Shown here in pieces: positions 19,226 through 28,671 of a stretch of 64,000 nucleotides of DNA; the first letter of the stretch is position 1, and each line of letters starts with the position of its first letter. The stretch covers positions 23,271 to 87,270 of the forward strand of contig CADEFQ010000008.1 of NCBI GenBank assembly GCA_902826635.1. The letters run 5' to 3'. The notes beneath the pieces are model-generated. The model had not been told where the DNA came from, ran no database searches, and was given only the letters and a program-made list of their open reading frames with translations. This DNA comes from an uncultured Pseudomonadota bacterium (GTDB taxonomy: Bacteria > Pseudomonadota > Gammaproteobacteria > Steroidobacterales > Steroidobacteraceae). A program made the position numbers and the translations under genes.

Positions 19226-19393
19226 CTATACGCGCGACCCGCACCTGCTGTCCGTAAGGAGCAGAAGGACGAGCGGAAGCAGGACGACGGCCGCGCGGGC
19301 GCCGGGCGGCGCGGCTGCGGGATCGATCGTCGGGACTTCCGTGCGGGTCACTGGGTACTTGAACGCTTGCGAAACTGATGCACCCGATGACAT
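19226..19393 (-). promoter_or_regulatory. Leader-peptide ORF of a Leu/Val transcription attenuator; start uncertain (ATG 19393 or GTG 19351)
   Basis: Part of ORF 19226..19591; the C-terminal sequence is ...ARAAVVLLPLVLLLLTDSRCGSRV-stop. The last codons (GGTGCGGG) are complementary to the 5-prime arm of the terminator (CCCGCACC), giving an antiterminator alternative. A perfect TTGACA lies just upstream (19409-19414, minus strand). Confidence 0.6.
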
Positions 19394-19463
19394 CACAACG
19401 CGGAAGTGCTTGTCAACGAAGCAATCCTGTAAGCTGAGCGGCCGTCCAAAGCCCGCTTCAGCC

Positions 19464-20858
19464 GTGACCGCCGATCTCATCCAGACCGATTCCGTCTCCG
19501 GGTCGTTGCCCCTCTGGCTTCTGCCCGAAACCTCGGTTGAAGGCTGGCTCGCGGCGCGCCCACCTGCCGTGACGCAGTGGGTCCGCGCCAATCAGTTCGT
19601 CGGCGAGCGACATCGCGTCCTCGTAATCCCCGGGGCGGATGGGCGCCCAGAAGGCGCGCTCGTGGGGCTCGGGAACCTGAACAGCCTTGAAGCGCTGAAC
19701 CTGTGGCATGCCGCGCCGCTCGCCGAGCGCCTGCCCGCGGGCCGGTGGCGCGTCGAAACGGCGCTCCCGGCGCGGGCCGCAACGCAGTTTGTCCTCGGAT
19801 GGTTGACGGGCGCCTATCGATATTCCCGCTACCGCGCGCTGCCGGGCGCCGGACACGCAACGCTCGAAGCGCCGCACGGCGCTGATGTCGCGTACGCCCG
19901 CGCTGCCGCATCGGCCACGGCGCGCGCGCGCGACCTCGTCAACACGCCGGCGAACGACCTCGGCCCCGCGGAACTCGCGGCCGCCGCGGCGGAGCTTGCG
20001 AAGGAGCATGGCGGCACGATCGAAGTGCTCCTCGGCGACGCGCTCGCGGCCGGCTATCCGATGATCCATGCAGTCGGGCGGGCGAGTGCGCGCGCGCCAC
20101 GACTGATCGACCTCAGCTGGGGTGATCCGCGCGCGAAGCGCGTCACGCTCATCGGCAAGGGCGTCTGCTTCGACAGCGGCGGGCTCGACCTGAAGCCTGC
20201 CGCGGGCATGCTGCTGATGAAGAAGGACATGGGAGGCGCCGCCTGCGTGCTGGCGCTCGCCGATCTGCTGATGCGGATGAACGCGCCGATCCGGCTGCGC
20301 GTGCTGATCCCGGCCGTCGAGAATTCGGTCGACGGCACGGCCTATCGGCCGGGCGATGTGCTGCGCTCGCGCAAGGGACTCACGGTCGAGATCGGCAACA
20401 CCGACGCCGAGGGGCGGCTCGTCCTCGCCGATGCGCTCGCCGAAGCCGACACCGGCGGCGCGGACCTGTTGATCGATCTCGCGACCCTGACCGGTGCGGC
20501 ACGCACGGCGCTCGGTCCCGAACTGCCGGCCGCCTACTCGAACGACGACGCGCTGCTCGAGGAACTGCGCCGGCACGCCGAAGCCGAACACGATCCGCTG
20601 TGGCCGATGCCGCTGTGGTACGGCTACGACGAAGACCTCGCGAGCAAGATTGCAGACGTGAACAACGTCGCGTCGCACGCGTTCGCCGGCTCAATCATCG
20701 GTGCGCTGTTCCTGCGCCGGTTCGTGACGGCGAGCCCGCGCTGGATTCACGTCGACGTCTACGCCTGGAATGCGAAGGAGCGGCCGGGCCGCCCGGTGGG
20801 CGCCGAAGCGCAATGCGTGCGCGCACTCTACCGACTCATCCGCGCGCGCTGCGGATGA
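19464..20858 (+). CDS. M17 leucyl aminopeptidase family protein
   Basis: C-terminal 465 aa of the long ORF 17580..20858: GKGVCFDSGGLDLKP, MKKDMGGAA, NTDAEGRLVLADAL, DLATLTGA. The GTG at 19464 is in frame. Confidence 0.85.
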   Translation: MTADLIQTDSVSGSLPLWLLPETSVEGWLAARPPAVTQWVRANQFVGERHRVLVIPGADGRPEGALVGLGNLNSLEALNLWHAAPLAERLPAGRWRVETALPARAATQFVLGWLTGAYRYSRYRALPGAGHATLEAPHGADVAYARAAASATARARDLVNTPANDLGPAELAAAAAELAKEHGGTIEVLLGDALAAGYPMIHAVGRASARAPRLIDLSWGDPRAKRVTLIGKGVCFDSGGLDLKPAAGMLLMKKDMGGAACVLALADLLMRMNAPIRLRVLIPAVENSVDGTAYRPGDVLRSRKGLTVEIGNTDAEGRLVLADALAEADTGGADLLIDLATLTGAARTALGPELPAAYSNDDALLEELRRHAEAEHDPLWPMPLWYGYDEDLASKIADVNNVASHAFAGSIIGALFLRRFVTASPRWIHVDVYAWNAKERPGRPVGAEAQCVRALYRLIRARCG

Positions 20859-21733
20859 TCGCGATTGCGCCCCGTCATTTACTGCTCCTCCTTGGCATCA
20901 CGCTCATCTGGGGGCTGAACCTCGTCGTCGCGAAAGTCGGCGTCGGCGACATGCCGCCGATCCTGTTCACCGCATTGCGTTTTGCGGCGCTGGCGCTGAT
21001 GACCGCGCCGTTCCTGCGCTGGCACGGCGAGGCGATGGGCGCGATCATTGTCGTTGCGTTGCTGGTCGGCGGGCTGCATTTCGCGCTGCTGTTCGTGGGG
21101 CTTGCGCGGGCGGACAACATCTCTTCCGTCGCGATCGCCTCGCAACTTGGCGTGCCGTTCGCAACGCTGCTGTCAGTCGCGCTTCTCGGCGAGCGCGTCC
21201 GTTGGCGCCGCTGGACCGGTATCGGCCTCGCGTTCCTCGGCGTGTGCGTGATGGGCTTCGATCCGGCGGTGTTCAGCCAGCGCCTGAGCCTCGCGTTCGT
21301 GATCGGTTCCGCCTTCATCGGCTCGCTCGGCCTGATCGCGATCAAGCGCCTGCCGGCGATGCGCTCGCTCGAGTTGCAGGCGTGGATCGCCTGGCTCAGC
21401 TGGCCGCAGCTCGCCGTGCTGTCGTTCCTCGTCGAGAACGGGCAGGGGCGGGCGATCGCCTCGGCAGGCTGGGTCGGGTGGGGCGCCGTGGCCTATACCG
21501 CCGTGCTCGCGAGTCTTTTTGCGCACACCGCGTATTTCTTTCTCGTCCAGCGCTATCCGGTCACCAGCATCGCTCCACTCACCGTGCTCTCCCCGGTGTT
21601 TTCGGTCATCTTCGGCGTGCTGCTGCTGGGAGATGCGCTGACGACCCGCATCGCGATCGGCGGCGTGTGCACGCTCCTCGGCGTGCTGATCATCACGCTA
21701 CGCGAGAAGCAGTTCGTGGACACGGGCAGCTGA
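20855..21733 (+). CDS. EamA/DMT-family transporter
   Basis: 292 aa and about 10 TM segments: MIAIAPRHLLLLLGITLIWGLNLVVAK.... The ATG overlaps the peptidase stop (ATGA). Confidence 0.8.
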   Translation: MIAIAPRHLLLLLGITLIWGLNLVVAKVGVGDMPPILFTALRFAALALMTAPFLRWHGEAMGAIIVVALLVGGLHFALLFVGLARADNISSVAIASQLGVPFATLLSVALLGERVRWRRWTGIGLAFLGVCVMGFDPAVFSQRLSLAFVIGSAFIGSLGLIAIKRLPAMRSLELQAWIAWLSWPQLAVLSFLVENGQGRAIASAGWVGWGAVAYTAVLASLFAHTAYFFLVQRYPVTSIAPLTVLSPVFSVIFGVLLLGDALTTRIAIGGVCTLLGVLIITLREKQFVDTGS

Positions 21734-21736
21734 TGC

Positions 21737-23014
21737 ATGCGTGAGCGTGGCGTTCCGAGTGCGGCGGCGGAGGCGATGTTTCGTCGCGAGATCGTGCCGT
21801 GGGCGCTGGTCGGGCTCACGCTGGGACTGGTTGAGGGCGCCACCGCGGCGGTGCTGGTGAAGACCGGTTACGCCGGAACCACCTCGCCATTTGCCGTGAA
21901 CCTTGCGACGGCGCTCGTGAGTGGCGCGCCCGCATTCTCGAATGTCGTGAGTTTCGCCTGGGCCAACATCGCGCATGGCCGCGCGCGGGTGCAACTGCTC
22001 GTGCGGCTGCAGGTGCTGTTCGCGCTGCTCGTCGGTTTGATCGGGCTCGCGCCCCGCGCCGGCGGCGGCCTCGTGTTCGCCGTGGTCTCGATTCTCGCGG
22101 CGCGGATGGTCTGGGCGGGCATCCTCACGGTGCGCGCGGCGATCTGGACCGCGAACTATCCGCGCCAGGTGCTCGCGCGGATCACCGGGCGCATCGTCAT
22201 CGTGAGTTCCTTCGCGGTGGCGGCGACCGCCACGCTCGCCGGGGCGGTGTTGACCGCGCGTGTGTTCGACCCGCGCTGGCTCTACGGCGGGGCGGCCCTG
22301 TGCGGGCTTGCGGCGGCGCTGCGCTATCGGCGCGCGCGGGTGCGCCGCGAGTTCCGGCTGCTCGCCGACGAGACGGCGGAAGCGGGCGCGAGCGACGCGT
22401 TCTCGCTGCGCATGGTGCGCGAGATCCTCGCGACTGACCGGTCGTTTCGCGAATACATGTTCTGGATGGGTATCTACGGCGGCGGCAACCTGATGATCAT
22501 CGCGCAGCTCGTCGTGATCCTGACCGACGAATTCGCGATGCCGGGCGGCAGACAGATCACGCTGCTCGCCGTCGTGCCGCTCCTCGCGCTGCCGCTGTTC
22601 GTCCCGTGGTGGGCGCGATTCTTCGACGGCGAGCACGTGATCGTCTACCGCGCGCGCCAGGGCTGGGCGCTCGTGGCTGCCGTCGCGATGTACTGCATCG
22701 CGGTGCTCCTGCAGTGGCCGTGGCTGTTGTGGTGTGGCGCGGTGGCGTATGGATTCGCGATGGCCGGTGCTAATCTTGGCTGGAACCTCGGCCACACGGA
22801 TTTCGCGTCGAGCGGGCGCGCCCAGCACTACATGGGCGTGCACGTCACGCTCACCGGCGTGCGCGGCATGCTCGCGCCACCCCTCGGAATGCTGGTTTAC
22901 CAGCTGCTCGAGGACTGGCAGCGGGGCTGGGGCAGGTTCGCGCTGGCTTTGCCGCTCGCAATGACGACGGCCGGCGCCATCGGATTCAATCTCATGAAGA
23001 ACAGGCAGACATGA
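21737..23014 (+). CDS. MFS-type transporter
   Basis: 425 aa and highly hydrophobic, with an apparent 12-TM pattern and a central basic loop ([12 protein letters not shown]). The stop overlaps the ilvD start. Confidence 0.7.
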   Translation: MRERGVPSAAAEAMFRREIVPWALVGLTLGLVEGATAAVLVKTGYAGTTSPFAVNLATALVSGAPAFSNVVSFAWANIAHGRARVQLLVRLQVLFALLVGLIGLAPRAGGGLVFAVVSILAARMVWAGILTVRAAIWTANYPRQVLARITGRIVIVSSFAVAATATLAGAVLTARVFDPRWLYGGAALCGLAAALRYRRARVRREFRLLADETAEAGASDAFSLRMVREILATDRSFREYMFWMGIYGGGNLMIIAQLVVILTDEFAMPGGRQITLLAVVPLLALPLFVPWWARFFDGEHVIVYRARQGWALVAAVAMYCIAVLLQWPWLLWCGAVAYGFAMAGANLGWNLGHTDFASSGRAQHYMGVHVTLTGVRGMLAPPLGMLVYQLLEDWQRGWGRFALALPLAMTTAGAIGFNLMKNRQT

Positions 23015-24696
23015 AGAAAGTCAGGTCGAAGGAGATCGATTCCCGTCCGTACTCGCGCCTCGTCGTCGACGGTGCGAAGCAGGCGCCGTCGCGCGCGATG
23101 CTGCGGGCAGTGGGGTTCGAGGAGGCGGACTTCGCCAAACCCCAGATAGGGATCGCATCGACGTGGGCGAACGTCACGCCCTGCAACATGCACATCGGCG
23201 AGCTCGCGCGGGACGCTGCCGCCGGCGCCGACGCCGCGGGCGGCAAGAGCGTGATCTTCAACACGATCACGGTCTCGGACGGCATTTCGATGGGTTCGCC
23301 CGGGATGCGCTATTCGCTCGTCTCGCGCGAAGTGATCGCCGATTCGATCGAGACGGTGGTCGGGGCGGAAGGCTTCGACGGTTTCGTGGCGATCGGCGGC
23401 TGCGACAAGAACATGCCGGGCTGCGCGATGGCGATTGCACGCCTCGACCGGCCGGCCGTGTTCGTCTACGGCGGAACGATCCGGCCGGGTGCGCACCGGC
23501 GCGATATCGTCGCGGTGTTCGAGGCCGTCGGCGGGCACGCGGCGGGCAAGGTCAGCGACGCCGCGTTGCTCGAGGTCGAGCGCACGGCGATCCCGGGCCC
23601 CGGAAGCTGCGGGGGAATGTATACGGCGAACACGATGGCTTCGGCGATTGAAGCGCTCGGCCTCTCGTTGCCCGGCAGTTCGGCACAGGAGGCGGTCGGC
23701 GCCACCAAGCAGGACGATTGCCGGCGCGCGGGCGAAGCCGTGGTGCGGATGGTGCGTGACGGCCTCACGCCTTCCCGGATCCTGACCCGCAAGGCCTTCG
23801 AGAACGCGATCACCGTGACGATCGCGCTCGGCGGCTCGACCAATGCCGTGCTGCACCTGCTTGCGATCGCACATGCAGCACGCGTGAAGCTCTCGCTCGA
23901 TGATTTCACCCGCATTGGCAAACGAGTGCCGGTGCTCGCCGACGTGCGCCCGAGCGGCCACTACCTGATGTCCGAACTGATCGCGATCGGCGGGATCCAG
24001 CCGCTGATGAAGCGCCTGCTCGATGCGGGCATGTTGCACGGCGATTGCCTGACCGTGACCGGCAAGACCCTCGCGGAGAACCTCGCTTCGGTGCGCGACT
24101 ACCCGGGCGCGCAGCAAATCGTTCGTCCGTTCAACGACCCCATCAAGAAGGACAGTCACCTCGTCGTGCTTTATGGTAACTGCGCACCGGGTGGGGCGGT
24201 CGCCAAGATCACCGGCAAGGAAGGCCTTCGTTTCTCGGGTCGCGCGCGAGTCTTCGAAGGCGAGGAAGCGGCGACGCGCGCGATCCTCGAGGGCAAGGTG
24301 AAGGCGGGCGACGTCGTGGTGATCCGCTACGAGGGCCCGCGCGGCGGCCCAGGCATGCGCGAGATGCTGAGTCCCACCGGCGCCATCATGGGCCGTGGAC
24401 TCGGCGACAAGGTCGCGCTGATCACCGATGGCCGCTTTTCGGGCGGTAGCCACGGGTTCGTCGTCGGACACGTTTCGCCCGAGGCGGCGACCGGCGGCCC
24501 GCTCGCGTTGCTGCGTAGCGGTGACCGAATCACAATCGACGCGGTGGCGCGCAGCATTGATGCCGACGTGACGAAAGCGGAATGGGCGCGTCGCAAACGG
24601 GGCTGGAAACCCCGCAAGCCGTACGCCACTTCGGGGGTGCTTGCGAAGTACGCGCGCGTCGTGCGAAGCGCTTCGGAAGGCGCCGTCACCGACTGA
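23011..24696 (+). CDS. ilvD: Dihydroxy-acid dehydratase
   Basis: 561 aa: [65 protein letters not shown]. Confidence 0.92.
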   Translation: MKKVRSKEIDSRPYSRLVVDGAKQAPSRAMLRAVGFEEADFAKPQIGIASTWANVTPCNMHIGELARDAAAGADAAGGKSVIFNTITVSDGISMGSPGMRYSLVSREVIADSIETVVGAEGFDGFVAIGGCDKNMPGCAMAIARLDRPAVFVYGGTIRPGAHRRDIVAVFEAVGGHAAGKVSDAALLEVERTAIPGPGSCGGMYTANTMASAIEALGLSLPGSSAQEAVGATKQDDCRRAGEAVVRMVRDGLTPSRILTRKAFENAITVTIALGGSTNAVLHLLAIAHAARVKLSLDDFTRIGKRVPVLADVRPSGHYLMSELIAIGGIQPLMKRLLDAGMLHGDCLTVTGKTLAENLASVRDYPGAQQIVRPFNDPIKKDSHLVVLYGNCAPGGAVAKITGKEGLRFSGRARVFEGEEAATRAILEGKVKAGDVVVIRYEGPRGGPGMREMLSPTGAIMGRGLGDKVALITDGRFSGGSHGFVVGHVSPEAATGGPLALLRSGDRITIDAVARSIDADVTKAEWARRKRGWKPRKPYATSGVLAKYARVVRSASEGAVTD

Positions 24697-24943
24697 TTGC
24701 GACAGCCAGAAGTTGTAAGCCGTGATGCCAGCGGTTACAGTCCGTCTCCCCTGGGGGATGATCGTTTCAGGAGGTCAGCGTGGTCCGGATCGCCGGATCG
24801 CCTGGCGTTTCCGGACAGGCGCGGGGAAGCGCCATCGGGTGGATAGTCGGTGAGGGTTGCGCGAGGGCGGAAACGCGTATAGCGTGCCGCGTTCGCGAAT
24901 CGGTACCGGTTGTCCGGACAATTAACCGCGACCACGAGTAACA

Positions 24944-25579
24944 ATGGCCGCCTACGCACACGAATCGACCTTCGTACCGCGACGCATCGTCGTGTTCCTG
25001 ATCATCGTTCTGTTCCACGCCCTCCTCATATGGGCGCTGGCGAACGGTCTCGCCCGCAAGGTCGTGGAGGTGCTCGCGCCTCCGATCCAGACCGACATCA
25101 TCGAGGAGGTCAAGCAGGACGAGCCGCCGCCGCCGCCGCCGCCGCCCGAGATGGAGCGTCCGCCGGTCGAAGTGCCGCCGCCGGAAGTGAACATCCAGAT
25201 CCCCGTCGACGTCAGCACGTCGACCGCGATCACCGATGTCACGGACCGGCCGGCGCCGATGGCGCCGCCGCCGCCGCCGCGGGCCTCCGTGCGCGTTTCG
25301 CCGAAACTCGACGTGCGGCGTTCGCCGTCGACCGACGAGTACTATCCGCCTTCGTCGCGCCGCGCCGAAGAAGAGGGCACCACGACGATTCGCGCCTGCG
25401 TATCGCCCGATGGCAGGACCGCGGGCCAGCCCACGGTTACCAAGAGTTCTGGACACGAGAAGCTCGATGAGGCCGCCGTGAAATGGGCGACCCGCGCACG
25501 TTGGGCTCCGGGTACCGAAGACGGCAAGGCGATCGAGCTCTGCCAGCAGTTCAACGTTCGTTTCAAGCTGACCAATTGA
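24944..25579 (+). CDS. tonB: Energy transducer TonB
   Basis: N-terminal TM anchor, a Pro-rich spacer (EPPPPPPPPEMERPPVEVPPPE), a C-terminal TonB domain, and exbB-exbD genes directly downstream. Confidence 0.9.
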   Translation: MAAYAHESTFVPRRIVVFLIIVLFHALLIWALANGLARKVVEVLAPPIQTDIIEEVKQDEPPPPPPPPEMERPPVEVPPPEVNIQIPVDVSTSTAITDVTDRPAPMAPPPPPRASVRVSPKLDVRRSPSTDEYYPPSSRRAEEEGTTTIRACVSPDGRTAGQPTVTKSSGHEKLDEAAVKWATRARWAPGTEDGKAIELCQQFNVRFKLTN

Positions 25580-25600
25580 TTATTGATCCTTGAGGAATCT

Positions 25601-26338
25601 ATGGAAAATCAAGCCACCGCTGTCGTAGACAACCCGTACGGACTCGCCGCGCTTTGGGCGCAAGGCGATTTCGTCGCGAGGGGCACGCTCATCATCCTCG
25701 CGCTGATGTCGCTCGGCTCCTGGTACATCATGCTGACGAAGCTCTGGGACCAGCGGAAGCTCCGCCAGTCCGCGAGGGTCGTCGAGAAGCAGTTCTGGAC
25801 CGCCCCTTCGATCAAGGACGGCGTCGAGCGCCTGAAGAAAGGTGACGACTTCCGCGCGATCGCGGAAGACGGCCTGCGCGCGACCTCGCACCATGAGGGT
25901 CGCCTCACCGACCGCATCGACCTGCACGAGTGGATCACGATGTCGTTGACCCGCGCGGTCGATGCCGTCAACGGCAAGCTGCAGTCGGGCCTCTGGTTCC
26001 TCGCGACCGTGGGTTCGGCCTCGCCCTTCGTCGGTCTTTTCGGCACGGTGTGGGGCATCTATCACGCCCTCATCGCGATCGGCATCGCCGGCCAGGCGAG
26101 CATCGACAAGGTTGCCGGCCCCGTCGGTGAAGCGCTCATCATGACTGCGATCGGCCTCTTCGTCGCCGTGCCCGCGGTGATGGGTTACAACTGGCTGCTC
26201 CGCCGCAACAAGGGCCTGCAGGAAGGCCTGCGCAACTTCGCCGCCGATCTGCACGCCTACCTCGTGGGCGGCGCACGCGTCAGCAGCGAAGGCGGTGCGG
26301 CTCGCGCCGGCGCCCCGGCTGCCGCAGTGCGCAAGTAA
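25601..26338 (+). CDS. exbB: MotA/TolQ/ExbB proton-channel protein
   Basis: TM pattern and GLFGTVWGI ... GEALIMTAIGL motifs. The ATG at 25601 is preceded by GAGGAA; the ORF-track TTG at 25583 is less likely. Confidence 0.9.
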   Translation: MENQATAVVDNPYGLAALWAQGDFVARGTLIILALMSLGSWYIMLTKLWDQRKLRQSARVVEKQFWTAPSIKDGVERLKKGDDFRAIAEDGLRATSHHEGRLTDRIDLHEWITMSLTRAVDAVNGKLQSGLWFLATVGSASPFVGLFGTVWGIYHALIAIGIAGQASIDKVAGPVGEALIMTAIGLFVAVPAVMGYNWLLRRNKGLQEGLRNFAADLHAYLVGGARVSSEGGAARAGAPAAAVRK

Positions 26339-26349
26339 GGGATCAGCGC

Positions 26350-26784
26350 ATGTCCATGAGTGTTGGATCGGACTCGGGGGACGGCGAAGCGAAAGCGATG
26401 TCGGACATCAACACCACGCCCCTCGTGGACGTGATGCTGGTGCTCCTCATCATCTTCCTGATCACGATTCCCGTGATCACGAAGACGGTGCCGGTTGTGC
26501 TGCCCAAGGCGACCAACATCGCGACGCAGACGAAGCCGGAAAACATCACCATCGCGGTCGATGCGTCGGGCGACGTCTACTGGAACAACGGCAAGGTCCG
26601 CGATCGGCACGCGCTGCTCGAGTTCGTCAAGGCGGCCGCGGTGCAAGTGCCTCAGCCGGAAGTCCACATCCGCGGGGATCGCAACGCACGCTTCGAAGCG
26701 GTGGGGCGGGTGATCTACACGATCCAGCGCGGTGGCATCGTCAAGGTCGGGTTCATCACCGAACCCGATCGCGGCGTGCGTTGA
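26350..26784 (+). CDS. exbD: ExbD/TolR biopolymer transport protein (copy 1)
   Basis: 144 aa: INTTPLVDVMLVLLIIFLIT ... RGDRNARFEAVGRV. Confidence 0.9.
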   Translation: MSMSVGSDSGDGEAKAMSDINTTPLVDVMLVLLIIFLITIPVITKTVPVVLPKATNIATQTKPENITIAVDASGDVYWNNGKVRDRHALLEFVKAAAVQVPQPEVHIRGDRNARFEAVGRVIYTIQRGGIVKVGFITEPDRGVR

Positions 26785-26797
26785 GGAGAGTTCGACC

Positions 26798-27229
26798 ATG
26801 TCAATGAGTGTGGGCAGCGAGAGCGGCGACGACGAACCGATGGTGGAGATGAACACCACGCCGCTGATCGACGTGATGCTGGTGTTGTTGATCATGTTCA
26901 TCATCACGATCCCGGTGATGACGCATGCGGTGAAGCTCGACATGCCGCGTGATACCCATGCGCCGCCTCCGCCCGTGCCGCCCGAAGTGATCGACATCGA
27001 GATCGACTTCGACGGCACGATCGTCTGGAACGGCACGGTGGTTCCGAGCATCGACGTGCTCGACGGCTACTTCCGGCAGGAAGCGCAGAAGGACCCGCAA
27101 CCCGAGCTGCACCTGCGACCGGATGCGCGGTCGCGGTACGACGTGGTGGCGCGCGTGCTGGCGTCGGCGCAGCGCAACCGCATGTTGAAGATCGGCTTCG
27201 TCAATACGGCGGAATTTCGCGACGAATGA
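26798..27229 (+). CDS. exbD: ExbD/TolR biopolymer transport protein (copy 2)
   Basis: MSMSVGSESGDDEPMVEMNTTPLIDVMLVLLIMFIIT..., a paralogue of copy 1. Trimmed from ORF 26732..27229 to ATG 26798. Confidence 0.88.
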   Translation: MSMSVGSESGDDEPMVEMNTTPLIDVMLVLLIMFIITIPVMTHAVKLDMPRDTHAPPPPVPPEVIDIEIDFDGTIVWNGTVVPSIDVLDGYFRQEAQKDPQPELHLRPDARSRYDVVARVLASAQRNRMLKIGFVNTAEFRDE

Positions 27230-27314
27230 CGCCGGTCGGCTCCGGCCGGCGTTCATCTCCCGTTCATCCGTCCCATGACAACGTGGTCCCGTGGACCCTG
27301 AGGACATCAAGAGC

Positions 27315-28553
27315 ATGAGGAAGACACTGAGTCTCGTACCCGCATTCGCGATGGCGATCCTGGCGTTCGGCGCGGTCACGACCACGTCCGCGTACGCGGC
27401 CGATGCGAAGGGGCCCACGGTCAGCAAGGCGGTTGCGAAGCCGCTGAAGGCGGCGCAAGAGGCGCTCGGCAAGAAGGACTGGCAGGGTGCGCTTGCGAAG
27501 CTCGGTGAAGCCGATGCGGTCGCGGGCAAGTCTCCCTACGATCAGCACCTGATCGCCGAAATGCGCGGCTTCGCGTACGTGCGGCTGGGCAACTACGGGG
27601 AAGCGGCCAAAAACCTCGAGGCCGGGCTCAATTCCGGCTTCCTCGCGCCGGACGATGTGCCGACGCGCGTGCGCGCGCTGTCGCAGATCAATTACCAGAC
27701 CAAGAACTACGGCAAGGCGATCGAGTACGGCAACAAGGCGATCAAGAACGGCTACGCCGACGCCGAGCTCTACACCCTCGTCGGGCAGGCCTACTACGTC
27801 CAGGGCGACTACAAGGGCACGCTCAAGTTCATGGACAACTACGTCGACAGCCAGGTCCGACGCGGCGAGACGCCGAAGAAGCAGTCGCTCGAACTGATCC
27901 TTTCTTCCTGCGTGAAGCTGAAGGATGACAGCTGCACGACCGGCGCGCTCGAGCGCCTCGTGAAGTACTACCCGTCGCCGGAGTACTGGAAGAACCTGAT
28001 GTATTCGATGTTCCGCACGCCGGACATCAGCGACAAGGTCCTGCTGAACACCTTCCGTCTCGCTTCCGACGTCGATGCGCTGACGCGCGCGGAGGAATAC
28101 ACCGAGATGTCGCAGCTCGCGATCGAGCAGGGCACGCCGGGCGAGGCCGTCACGACCCTCGAGAAGGCGTTTGCGAAGAACGTCTTCACGGACCAGCGCG
28201 ACAAGGACAAGAACCAGCGCCTGCTCGAGGCAGCGAAGAAGTCCTCGGCGACCGACCAGACGGGTCTCGCAAAGCTCGAGGCGGAAGCCGCGAAAGCGAA
28301 GACCGGCGGCACGGACATCGGCCTCGGCAAGGGGTACTTGAGCTACGGCCAGTACGACAAGGCCGCCGTCGCGTTCCAGCGTGGCATCACCAAGGGTGGC
28401 TTGGCCGACAACACGGAAGCGCAGTTGTTGCTCGGAATCGCCCAGTTGAAGAGCGGCAAGAAGGACGACGCGATGAAGTCGTTCAATGCGCTCAAGGCCG
28501 ATGCCAAATACGGGCGGCTCGCCAGCCTGTGGGCGATTCACGCCCAGGGCTGA
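27315..28553 (+). CDS. Secreted tetratricopeptide-repeat protein
   Basis: Signal peptide MRKTLSLVPAFAMAILAFGAVTTTSAYA, then repeated TPR-like A/Y/G-spaced helices (YGKAIEYGNKA, GQAYYVQGDYKG, GQYDKAAVAFQ). It follows exbD in the same direction. Confidence 0.75.
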   Translation: MRKTLSLVPAFAMAILAFGAVTTTSAYAADAKGPTVSKAVAKPLKAAQEALGKKDWQGALAKLGEADAVAGKSPYDQHLIAEMRGFAYVRLGNYGEAAKNLEAGLNSGFLAPDDVPTRVRALSQINYQTKNYGKAIEYGNKAIKNGYADAELYTLVGQAYYVQGDYKGTLKFMDNYVDSQVRRGETPKKQSLELILSSCVKLKDDSCTTGALERLVKYYPSPEYWKNLMYSMFRTPDISDKVLLNTFRLASDVDALTRAEEYTEMSQLAIEQGTPGEAVTTLEKAFAKNVFTDQRDKDKNQRLLEAAKKSSATDQTGLAKLEAEAAKAKTGGTDIGLGKGYLSYGQYDKAAVAFQRGITKGGLADNTEAQLLLGIAQLKSGKKDDAMKSFNALKADAKYGRLASLWAIHAQG

Positions 28554-28574
28554 ACGCTCAGGGCCAGAATGGAG

Positions 28575-28611
28575 GCGGCCGGTGGGGCGACCCACCGGCC
28601 GCTTTGTTTTG
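28575..28611 (+). terminator. Rho-independent terminator after the tonB-exb-TPR unit
   Basis: GCGGCCGGTGGG-GCGA-CCCACCGGCCGC, a perfect 12-bp stem, followed by TTTGTTTTG. Confidence 0.85.
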
Positions 28612-28671
28612 TGGTCTTTAAAGCGTTTATAGTAAGTTCCTGTAATCGAAGCGATCGAGGGCGACGACCGG

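Noticed and set aside
17580-20858. A 1092-aa ORF on the + strand, the longest in the window
   Set aside because: Its first roughly 628 codons run antisense to leuA and ilvC and through the attenuator region, with Arg/Ala/Ser-rich low-complexity translation typical of high-GC off-frame ORFs. Only the last 465 aa (from GTG 19464) have real M17 peptidase motifs.
22897-24471. A 524-aa ORF antisense to ilvD. Similar antisense ORFs occur at 27264..28811, 30224..31930, 32626..33960, 41642..42940, 55403..56911 and 56956..58404
   Set aside because: Each overlaps a confidently identified gene on the other strand (ilvD, TPR, cphA, cphA-like, TBDR, hyuA, hyuB) and has low-complexity Arg/His/Asp-rich sequence without motifs.
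24697-24943. Fur box upstream of tonB
   Set aside because: No AT-rich 19-bp GATAATGATAATCATTATC-like sequence is present. Only GC-rich palindromes were seen; these are reported separately at low interest.
25120-25290. A CCGCCG-rich repetitive stretch that looks like a DNA repeat
   Set aside because: It encodes the poly-Pro / Pro-Glu-Val spacer that is a normal feature of TonB proteins. It is not an independent repeat element.
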